Positions 10,401-22,099 are shown, counted from the first letter of the stretch. The stretch is 64,000 bases of DNA from Heterodontus francisci (GCF_036365525.1 NC_090416.1:16340945-16404944), one strand, 5' to 3'. The notes: generated by a model from the sequence alone, not told the origin. A program made the numbers and translations.

Positions 10401-11520
10401 TCAGAGGTGAGCTGGCAAGATGGATACAGAACTGGCTCGGTCATAGAAGACAGAGGGTATCAGTGGATGGGTGTTTTTCTGAATGGAGGGATGTGACTAG
10501 TGGTGTTCCGCAGGGATGAGTGCTGGGACCTTTGCTGTTTGTAGTATTATAAATGATTTGGAGGAAAATGTAGCTGGTCTGATTAGTAAGTTTGCGGACG
10601 ACACAAAGGTTGGTGGAGTTCCGGATAATGATGAGGATTGTCAGAGGATACAGCAGGATATAGATCGGTTGGAGACTTGGGCGGAGAAATGGCACATGGA
10701 GTTTAATCCGGACAAATGTGAGGTAATGCATTTTGGAAGGACTAATGCAGGTGGGAGGTATACAGTAAATGGCAGAACCCTTAGGAGTATAGACAGACAG
10801 AGAGATCTGGGCGTACAGGTCCACAGGTCACTGAAAGTGGCAACGCAGGTGGATAAGGTAGTCAAGAAGGCATACGGCATGCTTGCCATCATTGGTCGGG
10901 GCATAGAGTATAAAAATTGGCAAGTCATGTTGCAGCTGTACAGAACCTTAGTTAGGCCACACTTAGAATATTGCTTGCAATTCTGGTCGCCACACTACCA
11001 GAAGGACGTGGAGGCTTTGGAGAGGGTACAGAGGAGGTATACCAGGATGTTGCCTGTTCTGGAGGGCATGAGCTATGAGGAGAGGTTGGAAAAACTCGGA
11101 TTGTTTTCACTGGAACGATGGAAGTGGAGGGGTGACATGATAGAGGTTTACAAAGTTATGAGCGGCATGGACAGAGTGGATAGTCAGAAGCTTTTTCCCA
11201 GGGTGGAAGAGTCAGTTACTAGGGGACATAGGTTTAAGGTGAGAGGGGCAAAGTTTAGAGGGGATGTGTGAGGCAAGTTTTTTACACAGAGGGTGGTGAG
11301 TGCCTGGAACTTGCTGCCAGGGGAGGTGGTGGAAGCAGATACGATAGCGACGTTTAAGAGACATCTTGACAAATACATGAATAGGAAGGGAATAGAGGGA
11401 TATGGGCCCCGGAAGTGCAGAAGGTGTTAGTTTAGGCAGGCATCAAGATCGGTGCAGGCTTGGAGGGCCGAATGGCCTGTTCCTGTGTGGTACTGTTCTT
11501 TGTTCTTGTTCTTTGTTCTC
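7470..11520 (+). mobile_element. Near full-length CR1-clade LINE, decayed, unit 1
   Basis: ORF1 has CxxC and SGNH esterase motifs (IGDS, HIGTND, DGLHLN). ORF2 has APE motifs (ITETW, GDFN, SDH) and RT motifs (PGPDG, NYRPVSL, GVPQG, FADD). The tail is (ttgttct)n. Several frameshifts and stops are present. Confidence 0.93.
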
Positions 11521-11757
11521 TGTCTATCTGTCCATCTCTCTGTCTATCTATCTGTCTATCTGTCTATCTGACTATCTATCTATCGATTTATCTATCTGTC
11601 CATATCTATCTATCTATGTATCTATCTATCTGTCTATCTATCCACCTGTCCATCTCTCTCGCTCTATCTATTTGTCTGTCTGTTTATCTCTATCTATCTG
11701 TCTGTCCATCTCTATCTATCTGTCTGTCCATCTCTGTCTGTCTGTCTGTCTATCCCT
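11520..11757. repeat. (TATC/TGTC)n microsatellite 3' of the LINE; equivalents at 28262-28478, 44605-44820, 61245-61483
   Basis: Directly visible. Confidence 0.9.
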
Positions 11758-11804
11758 CAGTACTGACCCTTTGTCAGTGCGGCACTCCTCAGTACTGACC
11801 CTTT

Positions 11805-13025
11805 GGGAACTGAATATTCCAGGGTATTTGACAGTTTGGAATGACAGGAAGCAAGGAAAAGGAGGTGGTGTAGTTCAGTTAATAAAGGATGAGATCAGTA
11901 CAGTAGTGAGAAATGATCTTGGCTCAGAAAATCAAGATGTGGAATCAGTTTGGGTGGAGATATGAAATAGCAAAAATTCATACAGGAGCTGCACTGTGGG
12001 ACAGAGTATAAATCAAGAAATAAGGGGGGGCTTGTAAGGAAAATACTGCAGTAATCCTGGGTAATTTTAATCTTCATATAAATTGGAGTAATCAAACTGG
12101 TAAAGTTAGATAGAGGATGAGTTCATGGAGTGTACTCAGGACAGTTTCTTAGAACAATACATTCTGGAACCAATCCGGGAGCAGGATATTTTAGACCTGG
12201 TAATGTGTAAGGAGACGGAATTAATTAATGACCTCTTAGTAAAGGAAGAATAGAAAAGTAGAATATTATTTACATGGAGAGAGACCGCAGAATGCTGCAG
12301 TACAGAGGGATCTGGGTGTCCTTGTACATGAATCACAAAATGTTAACATGCAGGTACAGCAAGTAATTAGGAAGGCAAATGGAATGTTGGTATTTATTGC
12401 AATGGGGATGGAGTATAAAAGTAGGGACATCTTGCTACAACTGTCCCGGGTATTGGTGAGACCGCACCTAGAATACTGCATACAGTTTTGGTCTCCTTAT
12501 TTAAGGAGGGATATACTTGCATTGGAAGCAGTTCAGAGAAGGTTCACTTGGCTGATTCCTGGGATGAAGGGATTGTCTTATTAGGAAAGGTTGAGCAGGT
12601 TGGGCCTGTTTAGAGTTTAGAAGAATGAGAGGTGATCTTATTGAAAAATATAAAGTCCTGAAGGGGCTTAATTGGGTGGATGGTGAGAGGATGTTTCCCC
12701 TCGTGGGGGAATCTAGAACTAGGGGGAACAGTTACAGAATACGGGGTCTCCCATTAAAGACGGAGATGAGGAGGAATTTCTTCTCTGAGGGTCATTAATC
12801 TTTGGAATTCTCTTCCCCAGGGAGCAGTGGAGGCTGGGTCATTGAATATATTCAAGGCTGAGTTGGAGAGTTTTTTGATCTACAAGGGAGTTGAGGGTTA
12901 TGGTGGGGGGCAGACAGGAAAGTGGAGATAAGGTCACAATCAGATCATCCATGATCTTATCGAATGGCGGAACAGGCTCGAGGGGCCGAATGGCCTTCTC
13001 CTGTTCTTATTTCTTATGCTTTTAT
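11805..13025 (+). mobile_element. Second, older internally deleted CR1 element; also 28530-29745, 44872-46095, 61533-62758
   Basis: An APE remnant (LNIPGY..DRKQGKGGGV..ESVWVEI) is joined to the ORF2 C-terminus ([21 protein letters not shown]) and a CR1 3' tail. Confidence 0.85.
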
Positions 13026-13314
13026 GTTGAAGATATCGTACCTGCTGTATTCAATAGCTGTCCAGGTCTTTAAAGCCCAAAGTGGCCGTAACTGTTCCTA
13101 TCTGTGCAGAGAGCCCTTGGCAGTAATATAATATAATGAAAATGGCCTGGCTGAAACTCCCGGGTCTGGATATCTCAGTACAGATCGGGGAAGGGGTGGT
13201 CGGAGTGCTGGAATCTGGGCCTTCCCAGCAAGTGTCCTGTAAGGGAACTGAATGACCTCAACGAAGGAACGAGTTCACAGAGGGAGATGAGGCTGATGTG
13301 ATTGCAGTGTGTGC

Positions 13315-13555
13315 GAACAAGAGGAGGCCATTCAGCCCTTCGAGACTGCTGTACCATTCCATTAGATCATAGCTGGTCTGTACCTTAACCCCATATACCC
13401 TGCCTTAGCTCCATAGTCCTTGCTGCCCTTACCCAATAAAAATCTATCAACCACAATCTTTATAACTCCAATTTTTAATGAAGTGCATTTCTATAGCGTC
13501 TTTCACAACCTCAGGATGTTCCCAAAGTGCTTCGCAGCCAATGAAATACCTTGAA
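13315..13555 (-). mobile_element. Short CR1 3'-end and DeuSINE 3'-end fragments (minus strand)
   Basis: ggaggccattcagccc... and gcatttctatagcgtctttcacaacctcagga...cagccaatgaa are reverse complements of tails seen elsewhere in the window. Confidence 0.55.
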
Positions 13556-14059
13556 AAGCAATATTGGGAAATGAAGAATGGGATGTAGAGCAGGAGGAGT
13601 TCAGTTCAGTTCTCCTGAGGGGCCCAGTCCAGATAATGGGTTGTTTTGTTGTAAATGTGTGACGTGTCCAAGAATGTAACCGTTTAACGGTGTTTCTCGG
13701 ATTTCCGTCCTGTTTCTGTGTGTTTCAGAGCAGGGGAACTGGGCCCAGATGCTGCTGCTCTCTGCTGCTTATCAGACAGTGAACAGGGATGTTTCGGTTC
13801 CTCCCCGAGGCTCCTCTCCCACCCCCTGCAGCGAGTGACCACACCACCTGCACCACATCACAAACAAGACAAAAACAGCATCGATTTGGGTATCAGGATC
13901 TAAAATAAGGCTTTCAGAACACCGCCCAGGTCCCTGTGGTTGATGACGAGGGCCTGATCTGAGCTGCATTCAGTGCCATTCTCAGACCCAGTCTGGAACC
14001 TGGCTGTTCGGCCATGTGAATCATCAACATTGTAGATTTAACTGGACTGATAAACGTTT

Positions 14060-14225
14060 GATGGCCTTTAAGATACTCCTTAAAAACCTACCTCTTTGAC
14101 CGAGCTTTTGGTCACCTGCTCTAATATCTCCGAATGTGGCTCAGCATTAAACTTTGTTTGCTGACGCCCCTTGCGACGTTTTATTACATTAAAGGCGCCA
14201 TATAAATGCAGATTGGTGGTTGTTT
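14060..14225 (+). mobile_element. L2-type LINE 3' end fragment
   Basis: ctccttaaaaacctacctctttgacc..gcttt (LLKTYLF-like) and tail aaaggcgccatataaatgca. Confidence 0.55.
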
Positions 14226-14319
14226 GCAGATGACAATTCGTTGAAGACCTTAATAACTAACCGACTGCAGGCCATGAAGTACATCAACTAAAGCCACAAT
14301 TAAAACTCAAGGCTTCTGA

Positions 14320-14645
14320 TGTAAGTACAATACTGAAGGAATACCGCACTGCCGAGGGGCTATCTGTCACTTGGAATCTGCCCTCTGTTAAAGATACTGC
14401 AACCCCCATTTATAAAAGAGTTGGGGAGTTCTCCCCCACCCCCGTGTCTTGGCTGATATTTATCCTTCAATCAATATCACAAAAAAAGATCACCTGGGTC
14501 ATTATCTCATTGTTATGTGTGTGGGATCATGCTGTGCACAAATTGTCTGCTGTGTTTCCTACATTGCAACAGTTGACTAGACTTCAAAAAAAATACTTGG
14601 TTGGCTGTAAAGCGCTGTGGGACATTCTGAAGCTGTGAAAGGAGG
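14320..14645 (+). mobile_element. Second DeuSINE; also about 31045-31365 and 47395-47718
   Basis: ggggagttctcccc..gtcattatctcattg..gtgggatcatgctgtgcacaaatt..tttcctacatt..ttggctgtaaagcgct. Confidence 0.7.
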
Positions 14646-15019
14646 CTCACTGTCACCTTCTCAGGGGGACAAATAGTGATGGACAATAAATGGCTGGTCT
14701 TACCAGAGATGCCCACATCTCGAGAATGAAGAAGTGCAGGTTCTGTCTCTCTGGACGCTGTGATGTCCCCTTGTAAAACATACTGAAACTAAATAGTTCT
14801 AAAAACATCTGCATAAATACAGCATCCTCAGACTCGAGATGAGGATTAAACCTACATTTAATACCTCTTTAAGTGCGTGGCCCCTTTAAGGTGTGCTGAG
14901 GGACTGGGCTTTTCCAGCACTCTCTGTCCATTTACTCTTTGAGGTGATGCAACCGATACTCTCTCCACAGCCGGGGGCTCAGTTAACAGCCCTTCCCTCT
15001 TATGGCCCTAGTTCTGCTC

Positions 15020-15580
15020 TCACCCGCAAGTGGAAACGTCTCGACTTATCGAGTCCTTTCATAACCTTAAAGGGCTCCATCAGGTCCTACCCTCCCCCCC
15101 TCTCAGTCTTCTCTTTTCAACCTATCCTGGTAGCCTATCTCAGTACTGGTACCATCCCAGCACATCTTTTCTTGCACCTTCTCCAGTGTCATTTTATAAT
15201 ATGGAGACGGGAACAGTGCACAGTAATTCCAAGTGTGGTCTAACTGAGGTTCCCTACAAGTTTGACTTAATGTATCTGCTTCTCAATTCTATCCCTCGAG
15301 AAATTAACCCCGGTGTTTGGATTGCTTTTTATATGGCCTTATTCAGCAGCATTGCTGCAGTTACTCTATAACCCTCGATCCACAACCCTATTTAGACTCT
15401 TTCTTCCCCACCTCCCCCTCCCTCCAGGACTAGGTGACCTCATTCATCCTCCCAAAAAGTAGCACCTCACACTTATCCAGACTGACCTTCATTTGCCAAT
15501 TACACACCCATTCTGCATGTCCTGTCATTTGTGATGGACCTAATATTAACTGCAGCCTCCCCCAATTTGGAGTCATCAGC
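15020..15580 (-). mobile_element. Degenerate CR1 ORF2 C-terminal fragment (minus strand)
   Basis: The reverse complement includes ttagaccacacttggaattactgtgcactg (RPHL..C-like) and tttgctgatgactcc (FADD-like). Confidence 0.55.
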
Positions 15581-15719
15581 AAACTGATCCCGTGCCATCC
15601 TATCTCTCGGACCGGGATAGTGAGCAGTTCTCCCTGGGAGGGACGGTATTTTATTCCAAACAGAGGCTTTTCCTGTAAATCACATACAATGATGGTCTAG
15701 TATGGGAGAAACTACACTT

Positions 15720-16103
15720 TAGGATGGGAGGGTTGTTGAGAGGGTGCAGAGGAGGTTTACTGGAATGGTTCCAGGGATGGGGGAATTCTAGTTATAAGGT
15801 CAGCCTGGAGAAGCTGGGATTGTTTTCCTTGGAGCGAAGGAGATTGCAGGGAGATTTAATAGAGGTGGACAAGATTATGACAGATCTGGATAGAGTAGAC
15901 AAGGAAAAACAGTTCCCATTAACTGATGGTACAAGGGCTAGGGGACACATATTGAACGTTTTGGGCAAGGGATACAAGGGGGGGGGGGGGATGTGAGGAA
16001 GAATTTATTTATTTTTAAATGCAGTGAGTGACAATGACCTGGAACTCAGTGCCTACCAGAGTGGTGGAAGCTGGAGACAATGATTTCAGTAACAAACTGG
16101 GGT

Positions 16104-16136
<33 letters not shown>

Positions 16137-16250
16137 ACTTGAAGGAAATAAATTCGCAGGGGGCCACGGGGGTGCGGAGAGTGGGACTGACTGGATTGCA
16201 CTACGGGGAGCTGGCACGGACCCGAGGGGCCGAATAGCCTCCTTCTGTGC
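15720..16250 (+). mobile_element. CR1 3' fragment; also 32445-32965 and 48805-49315
   Basis: LEKLGLFSLERRRLQGDLIEV and tail ggggccgaatagcctccttctgtgc. Confidence 0.8.
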
Positions 16251-16776
16251 CAGAAATGAAATCGAATTCGTTTAAAATAGTTAACTCTGCTTGAATATTT
16301 TTTTTTAAATCTGCCCAAAAGAAAATTCCTCTAATCGCCATTATTCGTACAGTTAACCACTGACTTGCACCAATATCCACCTCAACTCACCCCCACCCCC
16401 TCCCCACAAAAAATAACAGAGCAATTTGAATTCATGTCATCTTTATTAAAACAGCCACACACAGAGAGATACATTTTTCAATTCTAACAAATGGTACTAC
16501 TGAGAGAAAGGAGAGAGGGAGCAGAACCCATCCAGCTCCAAATGGGAATGTACTCCCGGGATAGGTGGTCCTGATATTCACTGTCACCCACCTGCGCCCC
16601 CCAGTTAAAATTGGATCCAAAATTGGATCGTTAAACTGCGATTGAAGTGACTGTTTCAACATCGTTGGCCACATTTGCTACAGTGATTACATTGTAAAAC
16701 AACAACAACAACATTCCACATATTGAATAATATTTCATCAGCAATAAATCAAACTCTAAACCCCAGTTGCTCCCTC

Positions 16777-17105
16777 TCAGTCGGAACAAGCGGTGGAGCT
16801 GATGGTTTTGAGGAGAGGTGAGCTCAGAGAGCCGTGGTCCACACTGCAGGTATAGCTGGAGCCCTTATTCCAGGCAGTGGCGGGGACTCTCAGGTAACTG
16901 CTCAGGCTGTAGGTTTGATCACTGTCCGTGGACACAGTGCCTGTGGTCACCCCGCTGTCTGTCTCTTTATCATCCACTCTCCAGAGAACCCGCACGAAAC
17001 CCGGCTTAAAGCGGCTCACCAGGCAGGACAGAGTAGCCCATCCCGAGTCTATTTCTTCCGAGGAAGGAGGGAGCAGGAGAACTGATGGTTTCCGATCCTC
17101 ACTAC
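16777..17105 (-). CDS. IGL: Ig light chain constant exon, cluster 2
   Basis: Same acceptor and protein as cluster 1. Confidence 0.96.
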
Positions 17106-18452
17106 CTGTGTGTGAGAGACAGGGTGGAAGAAAGGAATCTCACTGTTAGTATCAATCATTTTTTCTAAAAGGCACATCCAGAATTAGTAACACATACTAT
17201 AATTTAAAACAAACATTTAACTTGACTTCAGACTTAGGTAGAGACAGTAAATAATACAATAGCCTGAGTGTTTCCAGCACTCGATTTCAGATTTCCAGCA
17301 TCTGCAGGATTTTGCTTTGATTGGATTAAAATTAAATATTTAGTCCAATCTTAACTCCCTGTCAATTGAGAGCTGGACTTGTACATGGATTCGAGACATT
17401 CAATATAAATTAATTAACTGAATATTAAATACAACAGACAATATCGAATTGTTTAAAATTCAGGGGCAGATTAAAATCAAAAGTTTAAAAATTGAGGAAG
17501 TTTCACATTTCGGATAGGCTGTACTGGAGGTCTTATGGAGGTGCTCGGAGTATGTATTGGGAGTAACTCAACCTCCCAGATCCACACTCAGAGTTCGGTG
17601 ATCACCTCACCAGGAAAAATTCTTTATTTATAAAAAAAGAGTTTTAAAAGTAATAAAGTTCGGGGCGGTTTCCATTTAGAAAGTAGGTTAGACACTTCAC
17701 ATGAACGAACGACAGTCGGAAGGAGGGGGCTGGGAAGGGAGACGGGGGGTCGTGGGTAGAGGGACCGGGTGCGTTAGGAACAGACAAGATGGGGGCGGGG
17801 GGGGGGGGGGGGGGCGCAGAATGAGGCCATTCGGTCCATCGAGTCCGTGCCGCAGCCTAACCCACTTCCCAACTTTGGGAGTCTTTTTTTGAGGTGGGGG
17901 GAGGGGGTGCTAGTGTCAAACTCGACCCCCTTTGAGTGTGAGTAAAATTCCTGTTTGTAAATCTTCCAGCAACACCCGGGCAGGCTCGCTATTTATACAA
18001 CAGTGCAGCGAATAGACGGAGAAGTCCACACCTGCACACTGCAGACCTGGCCGAACAGACTCGAGGGGCTGAATGGCCTTTCTCCCCTTTTCATTCTGCA
18101 TTTTTATTTTGCCAATGGAGTTTTTCCTCGGTTCTGAGGAAAGGTCAGAGACCCGAAACTGTTCACCGTTTCTCCCTCTCTCTCCGCAGAGGCTGCCCAC
18201 ATCTGCTGAGTATTTCCAGCATCTTCTGTTTTTTTTATTTCAGATTTCCAGCATCCGCAATTGTTTTGCTGCTATTTTAGTGTTTATTTTTCTACCCTCC
18301 AGAATCCAAATTCCCAGCACTGAATCAGTGGACAGAAAAATAAAAATCTGACCCAATTTTTTTTCACCGTTATCAGGGCAGATCCGATTCTGCAACAATA
18401 AATGAATAAATAATTGAAACAATATGAATGATAGGATGAAGGAATTACTTAC

Positions 18453-18489
18453 TCCGTAAACTCAGGGCGGTCCCAGGTCCGAAGGTAAA
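18453..18489 (-). CDS. IGL: Ig light chain J segment, cluster 2 (FTFGPGTALSLR)
   Basis: FGxGT motif, gtaagt donor, adjacent heptamer. Confidence 0.95.
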
Positions 18490-18528
18490 CACAGTGCAGT
18501 GTTTTAATGGGACGGGTCACCTAAAACC
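18490..18528 (+). promoter_or_regulatory. J 23-RSS, cluster 2 (CACAGTG-23-CCTAAAACC)
   Basis: Heptamer, 23-bp spacer, nonamer. Confidence 0.9.
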
Positions 18529-18842
18529 CAGGCTGGGAAGAAAGAGGGGAAATATTAATAATCTGTCCTTTATCACATTCCCTTTCACATTCTGCCTTTC
18601 ACAGGGGCCGGAATGCTGAGAGTCTGGAGAAAGATTTTCACATATCAGTGAGGAAACCTTGAGAATATCAGTGTTTACCTACCCAGCTAATAGTCCAAAT
18701 ATTGGGGAAAATCCAAATAAACCCATGGAAACCCAGTGAGATTTTCCACAAGTTACATAAGGAATATTTCTGAAACTCATCACACAGTCTCAGGCAGGAA
18801 TATTTCAGTAGCTGTTGGAATTCTGAGTGGTTCTGTTGATAC

Positions 18843-18870
18843 AGTTTTTGTATTGCCCTGTCTCACTGTG
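18843..18870 (-). promoter_or_regulatory. V 12-RSS, cluster 2
   Basis: CACAGTG-12-ACAAAAACT. Confidence 0.95.
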
Positions 18871-19198
18871 TATGTAGCTGCTGAGCCATCCCCGGCAGCA
18901 CAGTAATAGACGGCGGAGTCTCCCGGTTCCAAGCTGCCGATGGTCAGAATGTGACTGTTACTGGAGGTGTCTCTGGAAGGTTTAAAACGGTCCGTGAAGC
19001 CGGTGCCTCGATAGATGCTACCACTTGGATAGTGCTCTAACACCCACACCGGAGCCTCCCCGGGTCTCTGTCGGTACCAGCTCATGTAGTAACTGCCCAC
19101 ATTGCCGTTCTGCATCGCACACTTTAACTCGGAGGTCTCACCGGTGGAGACTGGGTCTGAAATTGGGGTCTGATTGAGGACAGGAACCGCCAGGATAC
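18871..19198 (-). CDS. IGL: Ig light chain V exon, cluster 2
   Basis: Open V domain ending YYCAAGDGSAAT. CDR2 region LEHYPSGS. Confidence 0.96.
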
Positions 19199-19361
19199 CT
19201 TCAACACAAAACACAAGAGAGAGGAAAACACATTCAGTTTATTGGAGCAAAAAAAGCACACTGAGAAATAAACAGGCCGGGCAACCAAATCCCTTTGCTT
19301 CCTAATCTAATGGTTTACAAATGAATAATTGAGTAACGTTCTGTTAACATAAGTCTCTCAC

Positions 19362-19410
19362 CTGTTAAATGGAGTAGCAGGGTCCCCAGGAGATACATTA
19401 CTGCAGCCAT
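19362..19410 (-). CDS. IGL: Ig light chain leader exon, cluster 2
   Basis: Same 49-nt leader and donor. Confidence 0.92.
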
Positions 19411-19515
19411 TCCCTCCGGGGGGGAAAAAAACCCGTGAAGAATTAGAGAGCAGGGTTTTACTGTAATTCCAGAAAGTGGATCCAGTTACAGTGCCGGACA
19501 AGGTGAGACCAGTAT

Positions 19516-19640
19516 CTATTATATGAACCTGTATGCAAATACAGGGAGGGTTGAGAGGAGCAGGGGCGGCGGGGGGGCGGGGGGGTGGGGGGAGGGGGAC
19601 TGGACCAGATTTTTTAATTTGAGCCTCTATTGGTCCCCAA
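19516..19640 (-). promoter_or_regulatory. IgL V promoter, cluster 2 (octamer 19533-19540)
   Basis: ATTTGCAT plus TATA-like and CCAAT elements. Confidence 0.85.
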
Positions 19641-21537
19641 TTAAACATTTCCATGTATTTATTTCCACCGAGTTGAGGGTTAATTCACAATAATTTCTGA
19701 TTTTAACCCCCCCTTCTCATGTCAAGAGTGTGAGATTTAAAAGAACAACTGTAGAAATTGCACATTTTATCCCAGATGGGCAAAGACAAAAGCCCTTCGG
19801 AATCCAGTGCCTTAAATTCATCCAGAACAAGTTTAACCCAGCGATCGTTAGGATTTGTTTTTTTTATATTTGGGTCTGCAATGTGTACTTAAACACATAT
19901 CTTTATATCCAACACGCTGGTGTTTGCAACAAAGCAGTTCATTGGAAGGATTGGAATGGAAGAGATTGACTGGACTGCTTCTCTCAGCTGCTCTTTTTTC
20001 CTATCCGCCACTGTGCAAGTGCACTGCTTGTCCTGGCGTTTGAGCCGAGTGTAGGGTCAAAACACTCGTTTCTCACTCAGGCCGACGTTCAGAAACAGCC
20101 AGAATCAACTCCAATATCCGTTTTAATTGGTAATGCAACGAGGAGTGAGATTCTGACCGGGCAAGCTGACTGCTCGGCTAGTTTCTGTGTTGTGTCCGGA
20201 TCCTGTGTTAAGTCCAGTTTCAATGAAATGTGTTTTCCTGCTGCAACAGTTCCTGCCCTGACTTTTTTGTTGTTGCAACTAAACCACATGTATCGGAACC
20301 TCAGTCCCAGGCTTACATTTGTTTTAACATTCCATTTCAGATGTTTTATGTCAATCACTCGATGCCAAGGGAAAACGTTCAACAAGTTGCCCGTGAGAGG
20401 AGTTAGTTTCTTTAAAATGAATATTTTCTATCTTTTTGTTTAAGTTCACTTCATGGGATATGGGCATCACTTGGCCCTGCCCGCATTTATTGTCCATCCC
20501 TCATTGCCGTTGAGATGGTGGTGGTGGAGCCGCCTTCTTGAACTGCAACAGTGCAGTGGTTTTTGTACAACAGAACGTCCATTTCTGAGGGCAGTTAAGA
20601 GTCAACCACGTCCCGTGGGTCTGGAGTCACATGTAGGCCAGACCAGGTGAGGACGGCAGATTTCCTTCCCTAAAAGGACATTTGTGAACCAGATGATTTT
20701 TTGTTAATGAACATTTAATGGTAGTTTTATGGTCACCATTACTGAGACTAGGTTTCAATTCCAATGTTTTATTGTTAATTAGTTGAATTTAAATTCCATG
20801 GTGGGATTTGAACACGTGTCTCCAGAGCGTTATCCTGGGCCTCTGGATTAGTAATATCTAGTGACATTACTACTACGCCACCTTGTGATGGATCAATATT
20901 AATTCTAGAAATGTGATAGGATTTGAGACAGTGAAAGGGAGAGTGTGGGAAGAAGAACAGCAGGGAAGGTCTGTGACACGGGTGGAGGGGAGGAGAGATT
21001 AAATGACAAAAAGTGTTTCAAGGTGCAAAGCCAAAGGGAGTGGTAATAAAAGATGTGTCTGGACGAGGTGTGAATGGCAGGTACTGAACACAAGGTAAAG
21101 GAAATAAGAGGTAAACAAGAGAGATAAAATAACAAATCAGCAAAAAAAAAGGGAAATAAAAATGAGGGCAGGGGGGTTACAAACTAAAATTGTAGAATTC
21201 AGTGTTGAGTCCGGAAGGCTGTAGAGTGCCCAGTCGAAAGATGAGGTGCTGTTCCTGGAGTTAGTCTCCTATTACTGACATGTTCAGTCAAGTCAGTGTC
21301 GACTAGCTGCCCCCTAGACAGAGAATTTGACCCCTCCCCCATTAAAAATCCGTTTCTGATTGGTCTCCACAGCAGAAACAGACCCACCTCCCTCCCCTCC
21401 CACCAGGCAGTTTCTCTGGGTCATTTTCAACTAAACCTAACCTGCATTACTATAGAGACCTCAGGGTGTCCTAAAGACAGACAAATAAACACCTGTTTTG
21501 AAGTCTGGTCATTGTAACATCGTAACCCAATGCACAA

Positions 21538-21685
21538 TGGAAATAAATATTTGGAAATGTTTACTCAGGGACAAATATATTTTTAATAAAGTGTTTTCCC
21601 CTGCTCCCCTTGACCCCCTCCCTGTATTTGCATATTGACTAATATGTAGATACTAGTCTTCTCCGGGTTCCCGGAGTCACAGTAA
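21538..21685 (+). promoter_or_regulatory. Inverted paralogue of the IgL V promoter, unit 2 (octamer 21626-21633)
   Basis: tggaaataaatatttggaaatgttt...cccctgctcc...ccctccctgtatttgcata aligns with the minus-strand promoter tggaaataaatacatggaaatgttt...cccctgctcc...ccctccctgtatttgcata. Confidence 0.78.
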
Positions 21686-22099
21686 TCTTGTTGAAGTGAA
21701 AGCACAATTGCTAAATGTGTGAGAAGCTGAACTCAGCTTTGCCCATGTAGTTGAATAGAGGGTGCACATATGTAGTTGAATAGAGTCATCCACGTATGTA
21801 GTTAAATGGAGTCATCCACGTATGTAGTTAAATGGAGTGTGCCAGTGTGTAGTAAAATGGGGTTGTGCACATGTCTAATGGAAAGCAGTTCAGCACCTCT
21901 AGGTTCATAGAATCTCTCACTTTGCACAGCAGATGTCACATGGCTGCAGCTTTGCCCAGGGAGCCTACCCGGTTCACACAGGATAGGCCAGGTGTTAAAG
22001 CAAGAGCATTTGGTGTTGCCTATTGAAGCTTGCACAGCGGTTAAAGGAAAATACAATTAAAGCTCACAAGATGGGAATCTTGTAAAGTGCCAGCCATGG

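Larger units (their letters stand above)
1..16312. repeat. Tandem segmental unit 1 (IgL cluster plus co-amplified repeats)
   Basis: The window-start sequence gcccaaaagaaaattcctct recurs at 16313, 33029 and 49378, and all internal features recur in the same order. Confidence 0.97.
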
